A stretch of DNA of 63,715 nucleotides, filler included, from Polymyxa betae A26-41 (taxonomy: Eukaryota > Protista > Endomyxa: Phytomyxea): the NCBI GenBank assembly GCA_003693705.1. It is 4 parts of 4 records of this genome, joined end to end, with 100 filler letters (N's around TTAATTAATTAA, not from the genome) between each part and the next. Parts side by side here need not be neighbours in the genome. Positions count along the whole stretch, not along the records: positions 1 to 31,873 come from RBZT01000195.1; 3 more parts are not named here. One strand, given 5' to 3'. The position numbers and the translations under genes are program-made. Below the pieces are notes generated by a model. It saw nothing but the letters and a program-made list of their open reading frames with translations, had not been told where the DNA came from and did not search any database. Positions 1-11,877 of the stretch are shown here, in pieces. Each line of letters begins with the position of its first letter. The first letter of the stretch is position 1.

Positions 1-660
1 GTCAACAGGCGGCGCTCTTTCCAAAACGCATGACTGGAAAATTCAGGCAATTTGCCCAGACAGATTCCAGAACCCCTTCAACCCGATTTCGGGGCGTTCC
101 AGTAATTCACCCATTTTTATAATTGTTGTTCGTAAGCGGCCCTATCAGCAGGACCTAAGAAAGCCTCGATAAGGTAATGTAGGCACCCGTCCAATCCAAC
201 AGGGACTCGAACCCATGTACCCTATCCTATCTAATACTCCCCTACTGGTTTCCCAGCTATCACCATGCGTCGCTAGATGTAACAGCCGATAGAATATGCT
301 GCAGCTAGAATTTTTGACATGAATTTGACGTGTGTAAACACTATACAGTGCGTCGTTGAAGACTGTAATGTTACGCTGTTCGTATTTCTTTCGATATTTT
401 TTCAGTTGATTTCTAATTTTTTTTAACATTTCAGGAGTTGATGTTCTATAGTCTCACTCTTTTTATTGCAGTGTCGATATTCATCGCTGGGCTCTATATT
501 TAGATTGTGTAAATGTGATCGAGATCGAATGTGTCCTGCTCATACTCTGTTTAATAGAGGGCTATGTAGATCTGATAGTATGTATAACCATCTCTACTCT
601 GTGTTTGAGAGTAACCATCTATTAGAGGAGTTCGTTTCGGATAGTTTGCAGATCCGCTTG
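1..660 (-). mobile_element. Decayed 3' fragment of an RNase H-containing non-LTR retrotransposon (LINE), including 3' UTR; cut by the window edge
   Basis: Closely matches 3750-4305 at DNA level; the minus strand carries the RTGH...C..C..ETI zinc-knuckle remnant and the same 3' UTR. Confidence 0.75.
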
Positions 661-1198
661 GTTTCAAGTCCCTTTACTTGCCACAGGAATGGTTTTGGTC
701 TGAAGTTACAAAGTGGCTTCCTCTTATGTCACGACTTCATGAACAGTAATACAATACATCACTGATCGAGTTAAGAGAATCGGCTGCAGGCTCTTCCCAC
801 GATTACTTCAAGAGTTTATAAAGAGAGTGTTTTTCAGGTGGAGCGAAATGTGTGCATGAATCGCACAAACAATTGACAAATGATATGAGTGTAAGTGGGA
901 ACGGGGCCGCGACTCATCCGAACTCGAATCCGCCGGCAACTGCTTCTTGGGGGTCGCTCTCGTGTTCGCCATTCGACTCTGAAAGCTTGATGTTAGATCA
1001 GCAATCCGATATATGTTCTGAGTATTTGGTTAAGTAAAACATTTCCNNNNNNNNNNNNNNNNNNNNNNNNNNNNNNNNNNNNNNNNNNNNNNNNNNNNNN
1101 NNNNNNNNNNNNNNNNNNNNNNNNNNNNNNNNNNNNNNNNNNNNNNNNNNNNNNNNNNNNNNNNNNNNNNNNNNNNNNNNNNNNNNCCCCAGAAGACC

Positions 1199-2809
1199 AT
1201 GAACATGGTGACTCTGCTCGTCGCTCTCCTCCTTTCGGCGTCGGCGGACCCCAACAGCTCCGAACTTACGACTGATAACGCTCCTATCGACCGGGCCAGC
1301 ACCATAACGGGCTCAGTTTCCGGCACGCCCGACGACCAGATCGGTGCTCTGCAGCCCGTACTGGCCCCATCGAACGAGGTGAGCGTGATCCACGGTGAAT
1401 TATTACTGAAGTGTATCATCAACTACTCGAAATTGGATCTGAATCTGGCATCATCGATCTGCAAGATGAGCAAAATGTGCTTCGAATTGATCAAGAAACC
1501 TCTCGCAGAATTGTGGCAGCTCGAACTGCAGCGACCTTCTTCGGACATGAACTATCTGCGTACTGTGGAGGAGATAATCTCGCAATCCGAACTGCTATTC
1601 GACCCCGAATCGTTCCTCGTTGCCATATTCGACGACGAAGCGGCCGCCCTGGTCATGAGACGTCTTCTCTTCGTCGCTGTATTTTTTCCAAATACGGTCG
1701 TGAGTATATTGGAGGTGATTGGAGGCATTCCTTCCGTGAACCGTCTCATATCGTGCTGGGTCGTACTGTTCCATGATATGCATACGAGCGATGACTATGA
1801 GGCAGAACAACCCGCTCTTTGGATTTGTTCGAAGATCTTGAAGACCACTCAGGCCTCGTTCAAATCGGATTTAATTAATGAGATTCCCGCTGATATTCTC
1901 GATACAGTGAAGGAATATCAGCAAAAGCGCATTACTGATGGGTTACGTCCTCATCTTCCAAAACCCTTCTCAAAGGTTTCGCACTGGGAGCTCACTGATG
2001 TTCAACGCCAAATCTCCGAACGTCATCAACATTATATCCGAGAACTCCCCAATCTGGCCTCGGTGTTGTTCTTCTTCGGAACTCCCTTCAATCTGGACAA
2101 GTTCGAACTGCACAAGTTCACGGACTCCGAGCTGAAACCTGTGCTGCAGTTCTGTGTCAATGCGCCCAAAGCGTTATCATCTCAGATCGTGCGCCTCAAT
2201 GAGGAGAATCGACACGACTTGATCCTTTCCATTATTCAATCTGAGAGCTTTCTAAGGGTGGATGGGGATTTTCAAAATTCTTATAACAACCAAGTCACTA
2301 TGGCGATTAAGAACTTAAAGGACCAGCCTGACCTGATAAAAGCTCTGGATGAAATTCTTGTAGAACTTGAAGAAACCATTAGTGCGGACCTTCTAGATAA
2401 GACAGATAATCTGCAACATGTTCTGAATGAGATCAGTTTGATCCTGGAGATGGCCAAAGATGTCGCTGATGAAGAAACTCTACAGACGGCGAAGTTGACG
2501 CTTCAGGACTTTGTCCGTAATCATTCCGGCCTAGACGACGAGAGGACGGCCAGTACGAACAAGTTAGATAAGGCCAAAGATTTTCGAGACGCTCTAGATG
2601 TGATAGAGACTTTGTTCATGGACCTTGACGATGGTGAAGCTCCTCAAAAACTTGTACAGATCGGTGATTTGCTGCATGAGGCCTCTGAGCGTCAGAAGGG
2701 CGGCCTGGACAATAAGAAGACTGCAATGATATTGGCTCAGGCTCGTGAGCGTATCGCTGATCCTGGTCCCGATTTAAATGAGACCGAGATCGGCAAGCTG
2801 TATGCCTAG
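1199..2809 (+). CDS. Secreted alpha-helical hypothetical protein (candidate effector), 536 aa, intronless
   Basis: Long open ORF; the N-terminus MNMVTLLVALLLSASA-D is a classical signal peptide; L/E/D-rich helical composition; no domain recognised. Confidence 0.75.
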   Translation: MNMVTLLVALLLSASADPNSSELTTDNAPIDRASTITGSVSGTPDDQIGALQPVLAPSNEVSVIHGELLLKCIINYSKLDLNLASSICKMSKMCFELIKKPLAELWQLELQRPSSDMNYLRTVEEIISQSELLFDPESFLVAIFDDEAAALVMRRLLFVAVFFPNTVVSILEVIGGIPSVNRLISCWVVLFHDMHTSDDYEAEQPALWICSKILKTTQASFKSDLINEIPADILDTVKEYQQKRITDGLRPHLPKPFSKVSHWELTDVQRQISERHQHYIRELPNLASVLFFFGTPFNLDKFELHKFTDSELKPVLQFCVNAPKALSSQIVRLNEENRHDLILSIIQSESFLRVDGDFQNSYNNQVTMAIKNLKDQPDLIKALDEILVELEETISADLLDKTDNLQHVLNEISLILEMAKDVADEETLQTAKLTLQDFVRNHSGLDDERTASTNKLDKAKDFRDALDVIETLFMDLDDGEAPQKLVQIGDLLHEASERQKGGLDNKKTAMILAQARERIADPGPDLNETEIGKLYA

Positions 2810-3711
2810 TTTCCTTACTAAGAAATCCCCTCATTGCTGATAGTATCAATTCTGTCTCCTTGTTTGTTGTTCAGACCCTGTCATTGTAACCGCAATGAAT
2901 CAAGACTGGGCTTCCTGTGGGCTCACGACTTCATCAACAAGAATACAATATATCATTAAACTAGAAGAGAATCGGCGGCAGGCTCTGCCCGAAATGATTT
3001 TGAGAGCTATTTTGGATGATATCTTGGCAGAAGGGTCAAGGAAGTTTATTAGAAACATATGGTGGAAATTCAATCCAGCGTAATGCTGAATGAGGATATC
3101 CGAGTCCGGAATCGTAATCATTTAGAGAGCATTGCTTTCACTTAGGATAATGGGCTATCAGACCGCAGATTGGAGCAGTTGCAGCCCGTCTTTCCTGAGA
3201 ATCGAGCTGTGCGTCACCGATCCATTGACTCTCCTTCTCTTCATATCGCTGTACGGAGCTCAGCCTCCCAATAGTGATAAACACAGGCTCCTGAGTCAAT
3301 CTTAACAGGATCCCCAAAATAATTCCTATTGCGCAGCCTTTTATCCTAGCGCAGCCTCTTGGTCCAGCGCAGCCCTTCTGTATAAATCTAAAAAGTTGTC
3401 TTTAGCTTATGGAGGCTCGCCTGTGTATCGTTGCCGTTTATTGAATCATGCATACTGTCGTCAAATCACCACAAGCGAAAGGACGAAATTTTTTGGTTCG
3501 CTATAGACTTCCTGCCATGTAATGAATCGGTGTCAGGCGACCTTCACAAAAAAGCGATAGATATTCGTAATCGCATACGTCGCCCTCTCTTTGCGAAAAG
3601 AACAACGTGACAGTGTTGATGTTTAGCGATAATAGATCGTGAGAGACGTTTTCCCCCATTACGCAAAGCATATTTGATGCCGGAAATTTGCTTCTAATCT
3701 GATGAGCTGTA

Positions 3712-4843
3712 TGGATTGGATTCGATTCGATTCGACTAGTTCGCTGATTTATAGTCATCAGGCGGCGCTCTTGCCAAAACGCATGGCTGGAAAATTTAGG
3801 CGAATTGCCCAAATAGATTCCAGAACCCGTACTACCGATTTCGGGGCGTTCCAGTAATTCACCCGGACCTATGAGAGCCTCGATAAGGTAATGTAGGCAC
3901 CCGCCCAATCCAACAGGGACTCGAACCCATGTACCCTATCCATATCTAATACTCCCCTACTGATTTCCCAGCTTTCACCATGCGTCGCTAAATATCACAG
4001 CCGAGAGAATTTGCTGCAGCTAGAATTATTTCTTTCGATATTTTTTCAATGGATTTTGAAATATTTTACATTTCAGCAGTTTATATTTTATAGTCTCACT
4101 CTTTTTATTGCAGTGTCGACACTCATCGCTGGGCTCTATATTTAGATTGTGTAAATGTGATCGAGATCGAGTGTGTCCTGTTCGTACTCTGTTTAATAGA
4201 GGGCTATCAAAGTAGATCTGATAGTTTGTATAAGCCATCTCTGCTCTGTGTTCGAGAATAACCGTCTATTAGAGGACTTCGTTTTTGGGTAGTTTGCAAA
4301 TCCGATTGAAAGATTGTAATGCGATGATTTCTGCTTCATAGCTTGACGTCACATGTTCTATCTGTATTGAGCTGTGGATCTCAAGTTCAAATATTGTACT
4401 GTGTGGATCTGGGTCCGAGATGTGCAGTATTGAAGCAGCTTCACTTGTTATGTACTCCGTATTTAAACTGTCTCTGTTGAAACTGCCGTCTGTCCAAAGC
4501 GAAATATCGGGATTGGTGGGAATCAATTGGGCGTTCTCGTGTTTTTCTAACGCTTCAGCTCTGGAACTCATGTGAAATTTACATTTTGCAAGTTGTTCTA
4601 GTATATAGGATTTCACTATTATCTGTGATGAGCGCTATATCTGTTTGTTGTAACTTCTACAGCTCTTCTAACAAGTCCAAAAGGGGTCCATCCATCAGCT
4701 GCACATCCTTGTTCGTCCCATTTTATGTAGTCGTCTCCTAATAAGTTGCCCTGAGCTTCTGCCTTGAGGACTGTTAGTGCCGAATCTGAAATGACTTTTA
4801 TTTCAAATTCGAAAAGTTTTTTTTTCAGGATTTGATGACTCAT
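3712..4843 (-). mobile_element. 5'-truncated decayed LINE (RNase H + C-terminal zinc knuckle + 3' UTR + GAATC/CAATC tail)
   Basis: RNase H motifs SLWTDGS and SSYEAEIIAL (4269-4616), then RVRTGH...CRHC...ETI...C (4026-4238). Ends in short (GAATC/CAATC)n repeats at about 3712-3733. Broken by stops and frameshifts. Confidence 0.8.
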
Positions 4844-5393
4844 TTTTCATCTATCGGGGTTAAGCTAGGGCTTAGGGTTTTAATAGGGCTCCCCGCCCGT
4901 TAATGGAGCATACACGTCTTGACGCTTCTGACGCAGGCTTCCTGTTTCCGCCGCCAAACTCCGTGGCGCTCCTGTTACAGCCACTGGATTCTCATTGAGC
5001 CCCGCTCCGGAGGCCGGATATCCATCAGCATTGACTGACCTCGAGATAAAATAACGCAACCCTCATTCCCATCACTCTCGATACGGAACAGATCATAGCA
5101 GCGACAATCTTAATGGAAGCGCGGATGCAGGTGACGTCATTCGGGGGCCCCAAGAACCCAAAACCGTGCAAGAATGGCCGCAATTCACCATATAAGCGAT
5201 CATGTAATGATGACAGTGCAGGCCGAATCTTTTGATGATAACTATCACGGGGTGTAATTCAAAGTCCGAGAAATTTGACGTCCATTTTGGAGGAAAGTTT
5301 GTGCATGTATTACCTGTCTTAGATGTTAATAGGTGTGAGCTAAAGTGATAAAATGAACTTGGAGATTGATATCATTGAGTGACTTTTCATTAT

Positions 5394-6727
5394 TCAGTTG
5401 TCAGAATCACTAACTGGAATCATGAATTTTTCAATCTCTGTTGGCAGAAGATCTGCAATTGAACATTGAATATCTGGGAATGTTGTCAATCTCTCTGATA
5501 TTACTTCATCAAGCATTTCAATAAGAAAATCGAAATATTGTTGTGCTGTGGCTTTGTTAGGAATTCTTGCGTAAGGCAGCTTGGTTAACCTGGAGATCGC
5601 CTTCTGAATAGTTTGATGCTCTTCATTATGAATATCATGAAGATATTCATACAGAGCCTGAACAACACAAAGTCCTCGTTCGAAGCATCTCTTCACGTTT
5701 GTAAAAGAGCCGCTTGAAAGAATATTTGACTTCTTGATATGTGACTCGAGAATTATACAGCGACTCGAAGATCTTTGATATAAGGTCAAAATCAGTAAAC
5801 TTTCTATACTTATAACGATATGGTTCAATATCAAGGTCTTCTTCAACATGAGCCAAAATATAGTCTTGAATTTCAGTATAATGAATGAAGCGACATAATT
5901 GAAGAAGTAGTTGGGAAAATCGAAATCCTCTTTGTCCGCAGAAATGTTTCAAAATTTGGAAGGTCTCAATCCTGATCAGAAGCTCACGGAACATCCAGTT
6001 TGATTCAGCTTTGGTGATGAATGAATAATCCGGGTTTTCCCATAAAGGATAATCAGGAGGATAACTCGGGTCGGAATCTTCATAAGTTGTATATCCAGTC
6101 TGAAATTGACTATCGTCTCGTTTTGGGAATTGAGGGAATATTTCATCTAAAAGATCGAGGAGAACTTTTAACCAAAGTTCTGGTGACAGTTTACAGTTTA
6201 GAATCCATTTAATCACCTCAAAACGATCATACATCCATCCATCTGTACCATTAAGTCTTTCTCCTTCATATTCATACTCATGATCAGAATTATGATCTTC
6301 AGATTCAGAACCATTTTGGTGAGATTCATTGTTGCAGAAATCGATTCGATTCATGAGAAGCGAAGGAGCACACAGCAGAATGTATTCTCGAAAGAATTCG
6401 AATTGATGATTCTCCAGAGTAATCTTCATCAATTCTTCGTTAAAGAACATTCCTCCAAATTTCAACTTGAACATCTGTAGCCACTCCATATCACCAGATC
6501 GTGCGGCCTCCTCCACTCTGTCACCAGAATGCAACTCGTCATATTCTTCTATATTCACACCTTCTGGGAACATACAGCCAATAGACCGTGTAGTGACACA
6601 AATCAAGACAGTAAAGATGACCAGAATACGACCAAGAAGATCATTGATAAAGGAGACTCGGGGAGGCAGCTGCTTTTTTTTCGTAGGGACTTGGATCCAA
6701 GAGTAGAGCTGTTGGCCCTAAGAGCAT
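5394..6727 (-). pseudogene. Frameshifted hypothetical membrane-anchored/secreted protein
   Basis: ORFs 5647-6606 and 5394-5849 overlap with a frame switch near 5700. The ATG at 6727 joins the hydrophobic LLGRILVIFTVLICV segment only if one base is removed from the A-run at about 6674-6681. Confidence 0.5.
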
Positions 6728-7646
6728 TCCGATTTGTGCGCAATTTTTGGCCTCAAGGTTTTGAATTGCAAAACATGAAATATTTCAAGAAACTGGAGTG
6801 GGACTCGTGACCTAGGGTTTTGCTGACAGATTGATGTGAGAGCGGTTTTTTGAATAGCACAACGTAATGATGTTGAATGAAACGTGATCAAGAGATCTGA
6901 AACTAGAAATACAGGACTCCCTTTACATTAGATTATAGTGGACATCTTTCTACCGTTGATTATAGGCATCTGTTGCGAATGTTTTTCAAACGAAAGTGGT
7001 CAAGAAAGGATGCAACGAACATTGAACTAACGATGAAAACGCTAACCCTAGCAATGATCAGGTGACGAAGCTCCCCGAAAAATGAGGATGACCCATTTCT
7101 ACGAAATTCGAATCTATTCTGTGAGTACTTGATGTCGATTTGGCCAGATTGCTGAGATAGATGAATGTTTAATTCAAGCAGGACATATCATGAATATGAT
7201 CGCGGCTGCACTTTCGACTGGAAATGGTGAAAAAAACTCTTTCGAGCATACACGGCACACAAAAACGATCAATAACACTAACGGCAGCGTTGTCTGTTGC
7301 AGTAGACTTCTCTGCGTTATGAGCTGAGGACGACATCTCTGTACGAAAGATAAGAGTGGGTCGCCTTGATTTTCCAAAGACCAAGTAAAAATCGGCGCCG
7401 AAAACGCAACCATTTTGCTTGAGAGTAGGTGACCCATTAAGACGCAACGAAACTGGAGAGAAAGCGGCTTGGCGCGGCCTGGTCGTTGGTGGATTTTAAA
7501 TTGCACCCCTGACTCGGAGTCACCGACACGGATTTGAATCCAAAAACTATTTGCATACAGATTTGCGCGTCATTTTCTGCCTCCGATTTTCTGTCGGAGC
7601 TCGCCAGCCATATTTCAAATGATGATATTTAATAGTTATCTCACCC

Positions 7647-10201
7647 TATATAGTATGGGTCGCCGACCTGACGACCCAGTCATTTGGCGACCTTACTGAA
7701 ATAATGCGTACAACGCATTTCTTGTAAAATACAAAATGCTTAGGAGTCGTTGTTCTTAATCTATTATAGTCGTCATCGCCAGCGGCATCATCCCGTCTGG
7801 TCGAAATGGCGCTGGTCGACGAAGACCAGCACAATACGATCACCATGGATCAGTCTATTGCTCAAATTGGCCAGCTTCATGTTGAAATGGAGCAGTCGGT
7901 TCACCGGACGTATGTGCGGGCGGTTCAGAATCGTGCCCCAAACACCTCAAAATCCTATACTGCGAAGCAAGACGAGTTTAAGCAATGGTGTCTTCGAAAA
8001 GGGTTCCCTCAAGATACCAGGTTCACCGTTTCTGGGCCCAAGCTCCATTTATTTCTCGAAGAAGAGGTGATTGGGCGGCGATCGCGTAAGAGGAGCCGCA
8101 ATGGCAGAACGATTGGAAAGTCCACCGTCGATTCGTATGCCGCAGCTATAGTGGACTTGCACAGCCTCCAGACCCGTTTGGGATGCAATTCAAATCCACA
8201 TCCTCGTAATGCTGACGTGCAAGCTTTATTGAAGAATACCTATTACGAACAAGAACGAGTCAGAAGAGCTAATTACGATGATCGGGGAGTTGGAACGGCT
8301 CTTGACGGCTACACGACAGCGGATCAACTAGGGAAGATTGCCAATTTTTTCTGGACTCGCTGTCGCGAATTCGGCCCTAATCTCAGGAATTGGGTGGCGC
8401 TTGCTCTATCACATTATGCAGTTCTTAGAGGGGAGTCCGCTAGAGGAATGGAACTACCGGATCTCCACTCAATTCGTCTGGAGAATGAAGGAATTAGTGA
8501 TTGTCATGCGCTTGTGATGGTGATGAGAAATGGCAAAACGAATCATTTCGGCAGAATCGAGGTGTCGACCTGCCTGAGGAACAAGAGAGTCGATATCTGT
8601 CCCTGGGGAGCTGTCGGATTCTACTTATTCTGGCGTTGGCATGTGGAAGGTGAACCATTTCCGGCATTTGTATCGAGTCGGGATTGGTATGATATCAAAT
8701 TGCTTAAGTGTGGAAGCGATCGAACGAAAGCTATGTCCTATACAACTCATTTGCAAGCGTTTAACACCGCATTTTCGTTTATTGGTCTCCAGTCGAGAGC
8801 GAAGACACACGTCGGGAGAGGATCAGGGGCGAGAATGGCTGAGCTCGCTGGAGCTAGCGAGGCCCAGATTCGTAGACTAGGTCGTTGGAATAACCAATCT
8901 ACGGAAAACTGCTATCTCAGCAGTCTACCTCGGCAAGCTTTAAGGACTTTAGCTGGGTTCGCTCCTGAAGCAGGCACTTTCTACATTAAAAGATCTGCTA
9001 TATGTCGTCCACAATCTTTGGCAAGGAAAATATTCCCTGATGTCGAAGTATGGATGAGAAGATTGGAGCTCGAAGGCTGTGAAGCTAATATAGCGGCAGG
9101 TGGATTTTTTCAGCTTCTTTTGCAACTTCGCACGGTTATACTGCAAGATTCAGTTTTGTTGCGTCGCCAATTTCCTTCGCATCCTATATGGAACCATTCC
9201 ATCTTTTCCGATGAGGAGTTCTCTGATTTCGCCGGCCGCCTTGAGGCTGTCATTGCACAGGCGCCTGACCCCACCGAAAGAAGACTGGAGCTCGTAATGC
9301 CAGATCTGACAAAGAATAGACAATCTCCACGATGACCTAAAAAGTAGCTTTACTTCAGAACTTCGCCCAATAACAGCCAAAGTGTCAAGACTGGAGTCGT
9401 TGTTCTTGGACCTTACCACAGGTGTTGCCCCAGTGCGCCTGAACGTGAGCTTTCCCTGGTCCAAATTCAGCTCGTGAAATTGTCCAAGCGCAGGTTGCTC
9501 CTGCAATTACCTCCCAAGAAGCGGTGATTACAGTAGTCGAGCAGAATGGGTCGCGAAGAGAATCAAACTGCGAGGCTTCTTCTCAATACAAGATGAGCAA
9601 GGCGATCGTCACCATAACGGATCTGTGGAGAGAGTGGAAATATGGCTTGGGAGGCTGGCCATCTATTGAGTCTCTAGAACGGAGCAGGGGGTCGGCGTGG
9701 TGTTCTACAAAGGCTGACCGAAGATTTTTCAATCGACGAAAACTTGTAATCGATTCCATAGAATCGAGAGCCCGTCAAATGTCAGGGGAACTGTCCGAAA
9801 CTGCCAACGTCGTGGCTCAGCAATTTGAGCAACAACGGGCGTCTCTAGGGAAAAGTATTGACTGGATATCCAAGAATCTGCCCGAGTTTCTAAACCATTT
9901 CGATGTTTAAAAAAACGCAATAAACAGCCGATACGAAACGAAAAACAGAAATTTGACTGGTCTGAAGAAAAGTCCGTAATTGGAAAAAGACAAAGGAAAG
10001 AAAACCAGATCAGATGAAAATTCAAAACTTTCCCGTCAAAACTATGTTTGTAAAATAGTATAGTGGCGACCTAGGCGACCTGCAGCGGAAATATGCGAAC
10101 TTATTTACAGGCTGAGCCTGTAAATAAGCGCACTTTTTGGGGTCAAAGGTCGCGGATCTAACTGAGTCCCGCACTTCGACTGGCGACCTTCACCGTTTAT
10201 A
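7647..10201 (+). mobile_element. Crypton (CryptonF-type) tyrosine-recombinase DNA transposon, apparently full length
   Basis: Encodes a YR domain plus a GCR1_C-like domain. Bounded by a TATA direct repeat (7647-7650, 10198-10201). GCGACC(T) motifs cluster at both ends, with a perfect 14-bp-arm palindrome at 10100-10128. Confidence 0.85.
7806..9910 (+). pseudogene. Crypton tyrosine recombinase (Ndc10-like YR + GCR1_C), with two +1 frameshifts in the linker
   Basis: Catalytic set intact: LRGES (R), GKTN (K), KTHVGRGSG (HxxR), LGRW (W), ENCYL (Y). GCR1_C-like TITDLWREWKYGLGGWPSIESLE...RRFFNRRKLVI lies in ORF 9524-9910. Bridging frames IDNLHDDLK (from 9316) and FPGPNSARE (about 9452) imply two single-base insertions. 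Confidence 0.85.
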
Positions 10202-11106
10202 ATTGTTGCGATCTGATTTAGTTTGCGAGTTTTGCGGAAGTTTTTGCGGTTTGCTGTTAGGTTCCTATCTCTTTTTGTCTGGACATCATTTTCATGCCTT
10301 CGCTGTCGAGTGGCAGTGGCAGTGGACCATGTCCAGAACTGCCGCTAACCGACAATTCTCTCGCGAGCCTCATGGCAGTTCGTCAAATGTGAGAATCGAT
10401 TCTCCGAACCCACATTCGTGCAAACGAAATCATATCAGCTAATACATCGAAATCGTACAAGTTGAATCCAAGCAATGGTGTATTGATTATTTATTGCATT
10501 AATAAAGCATCATCTCGCTGGCAATAAATTAAATACAATTGAAAGCTAACATTAGAAATGCTAACAGAAAAAGTCTTGAAAAATATAATAGGCAAATTTT
10601 CGATGAAACGTTGTTACCGAAACCCGGTGTGGCAGGCCTCGCAAGAGACATGAGGATGCTGCAGGTTTGATATCGCGATGCATAATGTGATTTGTTGCAG
10701 CTAGATGAGATAGAAAAGCGTCCATAAGAGATGAATGTGAAGCCGACAGGATGGCGAAAATTCGAAATCGATTAGGGTGATTGATGAGAGAGTTTGCAGT
10801 CAAACTATTGGGTGAAAGCGATCCATCGCAATTAATACTGTTTCACTAAGCATCTAAGCAAACTGAATATATAATTCCAGAAACTTTATAGCCGTTAGTT
10901 TGGGTCTCGCTGAGAATGAGCATTTCGCTCGCTTGTCTGCCTATGCACTTCATCATCGTACGATCGATGCTGTCCATTGCTGCAAACTCTGCTGCCGCTA
11001 TCATTTGCTGACAGCAGTTCCAGCTCCTTTTAAAAGAGAAAAAAACCATGTATTCGCAAGTTGTCGATAGCCAAACCGCTCGCCGAATTTGGCCGTATGG
11101 TTTAGA

Positions 11107-11247
11107 TATATATTGATATGGGTAGCGTAGCGACCTGCGCTGTAAATATTTACAGGCTGAGCTTATAAATATGCGCACATATTTGGGTCGCAGGTCGCGG
11201 GTCCTCACAGTGCCACGGAAAAAGAATGGCGACCTGGACCGTTTATA
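11107..11247 (+). mobile_element. Miniature non-autonomous Crypton-related element (141 bp)
   Basis: Starts TATATA..TATGGGT like the Crypton left end and ends TGGCGACCT..ACCGTTTATA like its right end. Carries the TATTTACAGGCTGAGC.T.TAAATA palindrome and GCGACC motifs. Confidence 0.75.
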
Positions 11248-11877
11248 TTTCAGCCCATGAATGTTATGTTATCAATTTATCATACGTGGAAGGGCGCAGC
11301 CTGCGGCGCGGACCAAGCCAAATGTCCGGAAACGAAAATGATCATTTCATGTCTACCAAGCTTCACGGTACTTGTCTGCTTTGATTCGGCTATTCTGTTG
11401 TTTAGTAAACATCTTAAAATAACCACTGGAAAGTTGTCTTCTATATGTATACTGTATACTAAACAACCTCTGAAATATGTCTGAACCTGCACATCAATCC
11501 TATACACAAGAACAGGAGGAGACTGCCGCCCAAAAGGTTTATGAAGCCCGCAACATGGACTCGGGTTCTGAAGGTAGCTGCTGTCTGAGACTGGTAAGAG
11601 CCCACGGCCACAAAGAGACCGGAGGGAGTCAGGGATATCCGCCTACAACGCGATGCTGAAGCGCGCGACTGTAAGACTGTGTCAATATAAAGGATGAAAT
11701 CGAAGCGATATGAATAAAAAAGTGTTCAATTGCAGATTCTCGATGATGGTTAGATAGGCGAACAGCATAGTTGATCATCAGCTGATAAATCTTGCATACA
11801 TTTGACGTCAATTTCTAAATAAATTTCAAACAAAAGAAGATCGCATTCATAATGAAGTGAACGACTAAACTATACGA

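Noticed and set aside
3725-3770. Hammerhead ribozyme in the LINE tail (CTGATGA...GAA on the minus strand)
   Set aside because: No GAAA after a proper stem II, and other copies read CTGTTGA or TTGTTAA, so the core is not conserved.
10561-10803. Protein kinase (HIMHRDIKP)
   Set aside because: Isolated catalytic-loop-like peptide with no DFG or other subdomains; at most a tiny relic.
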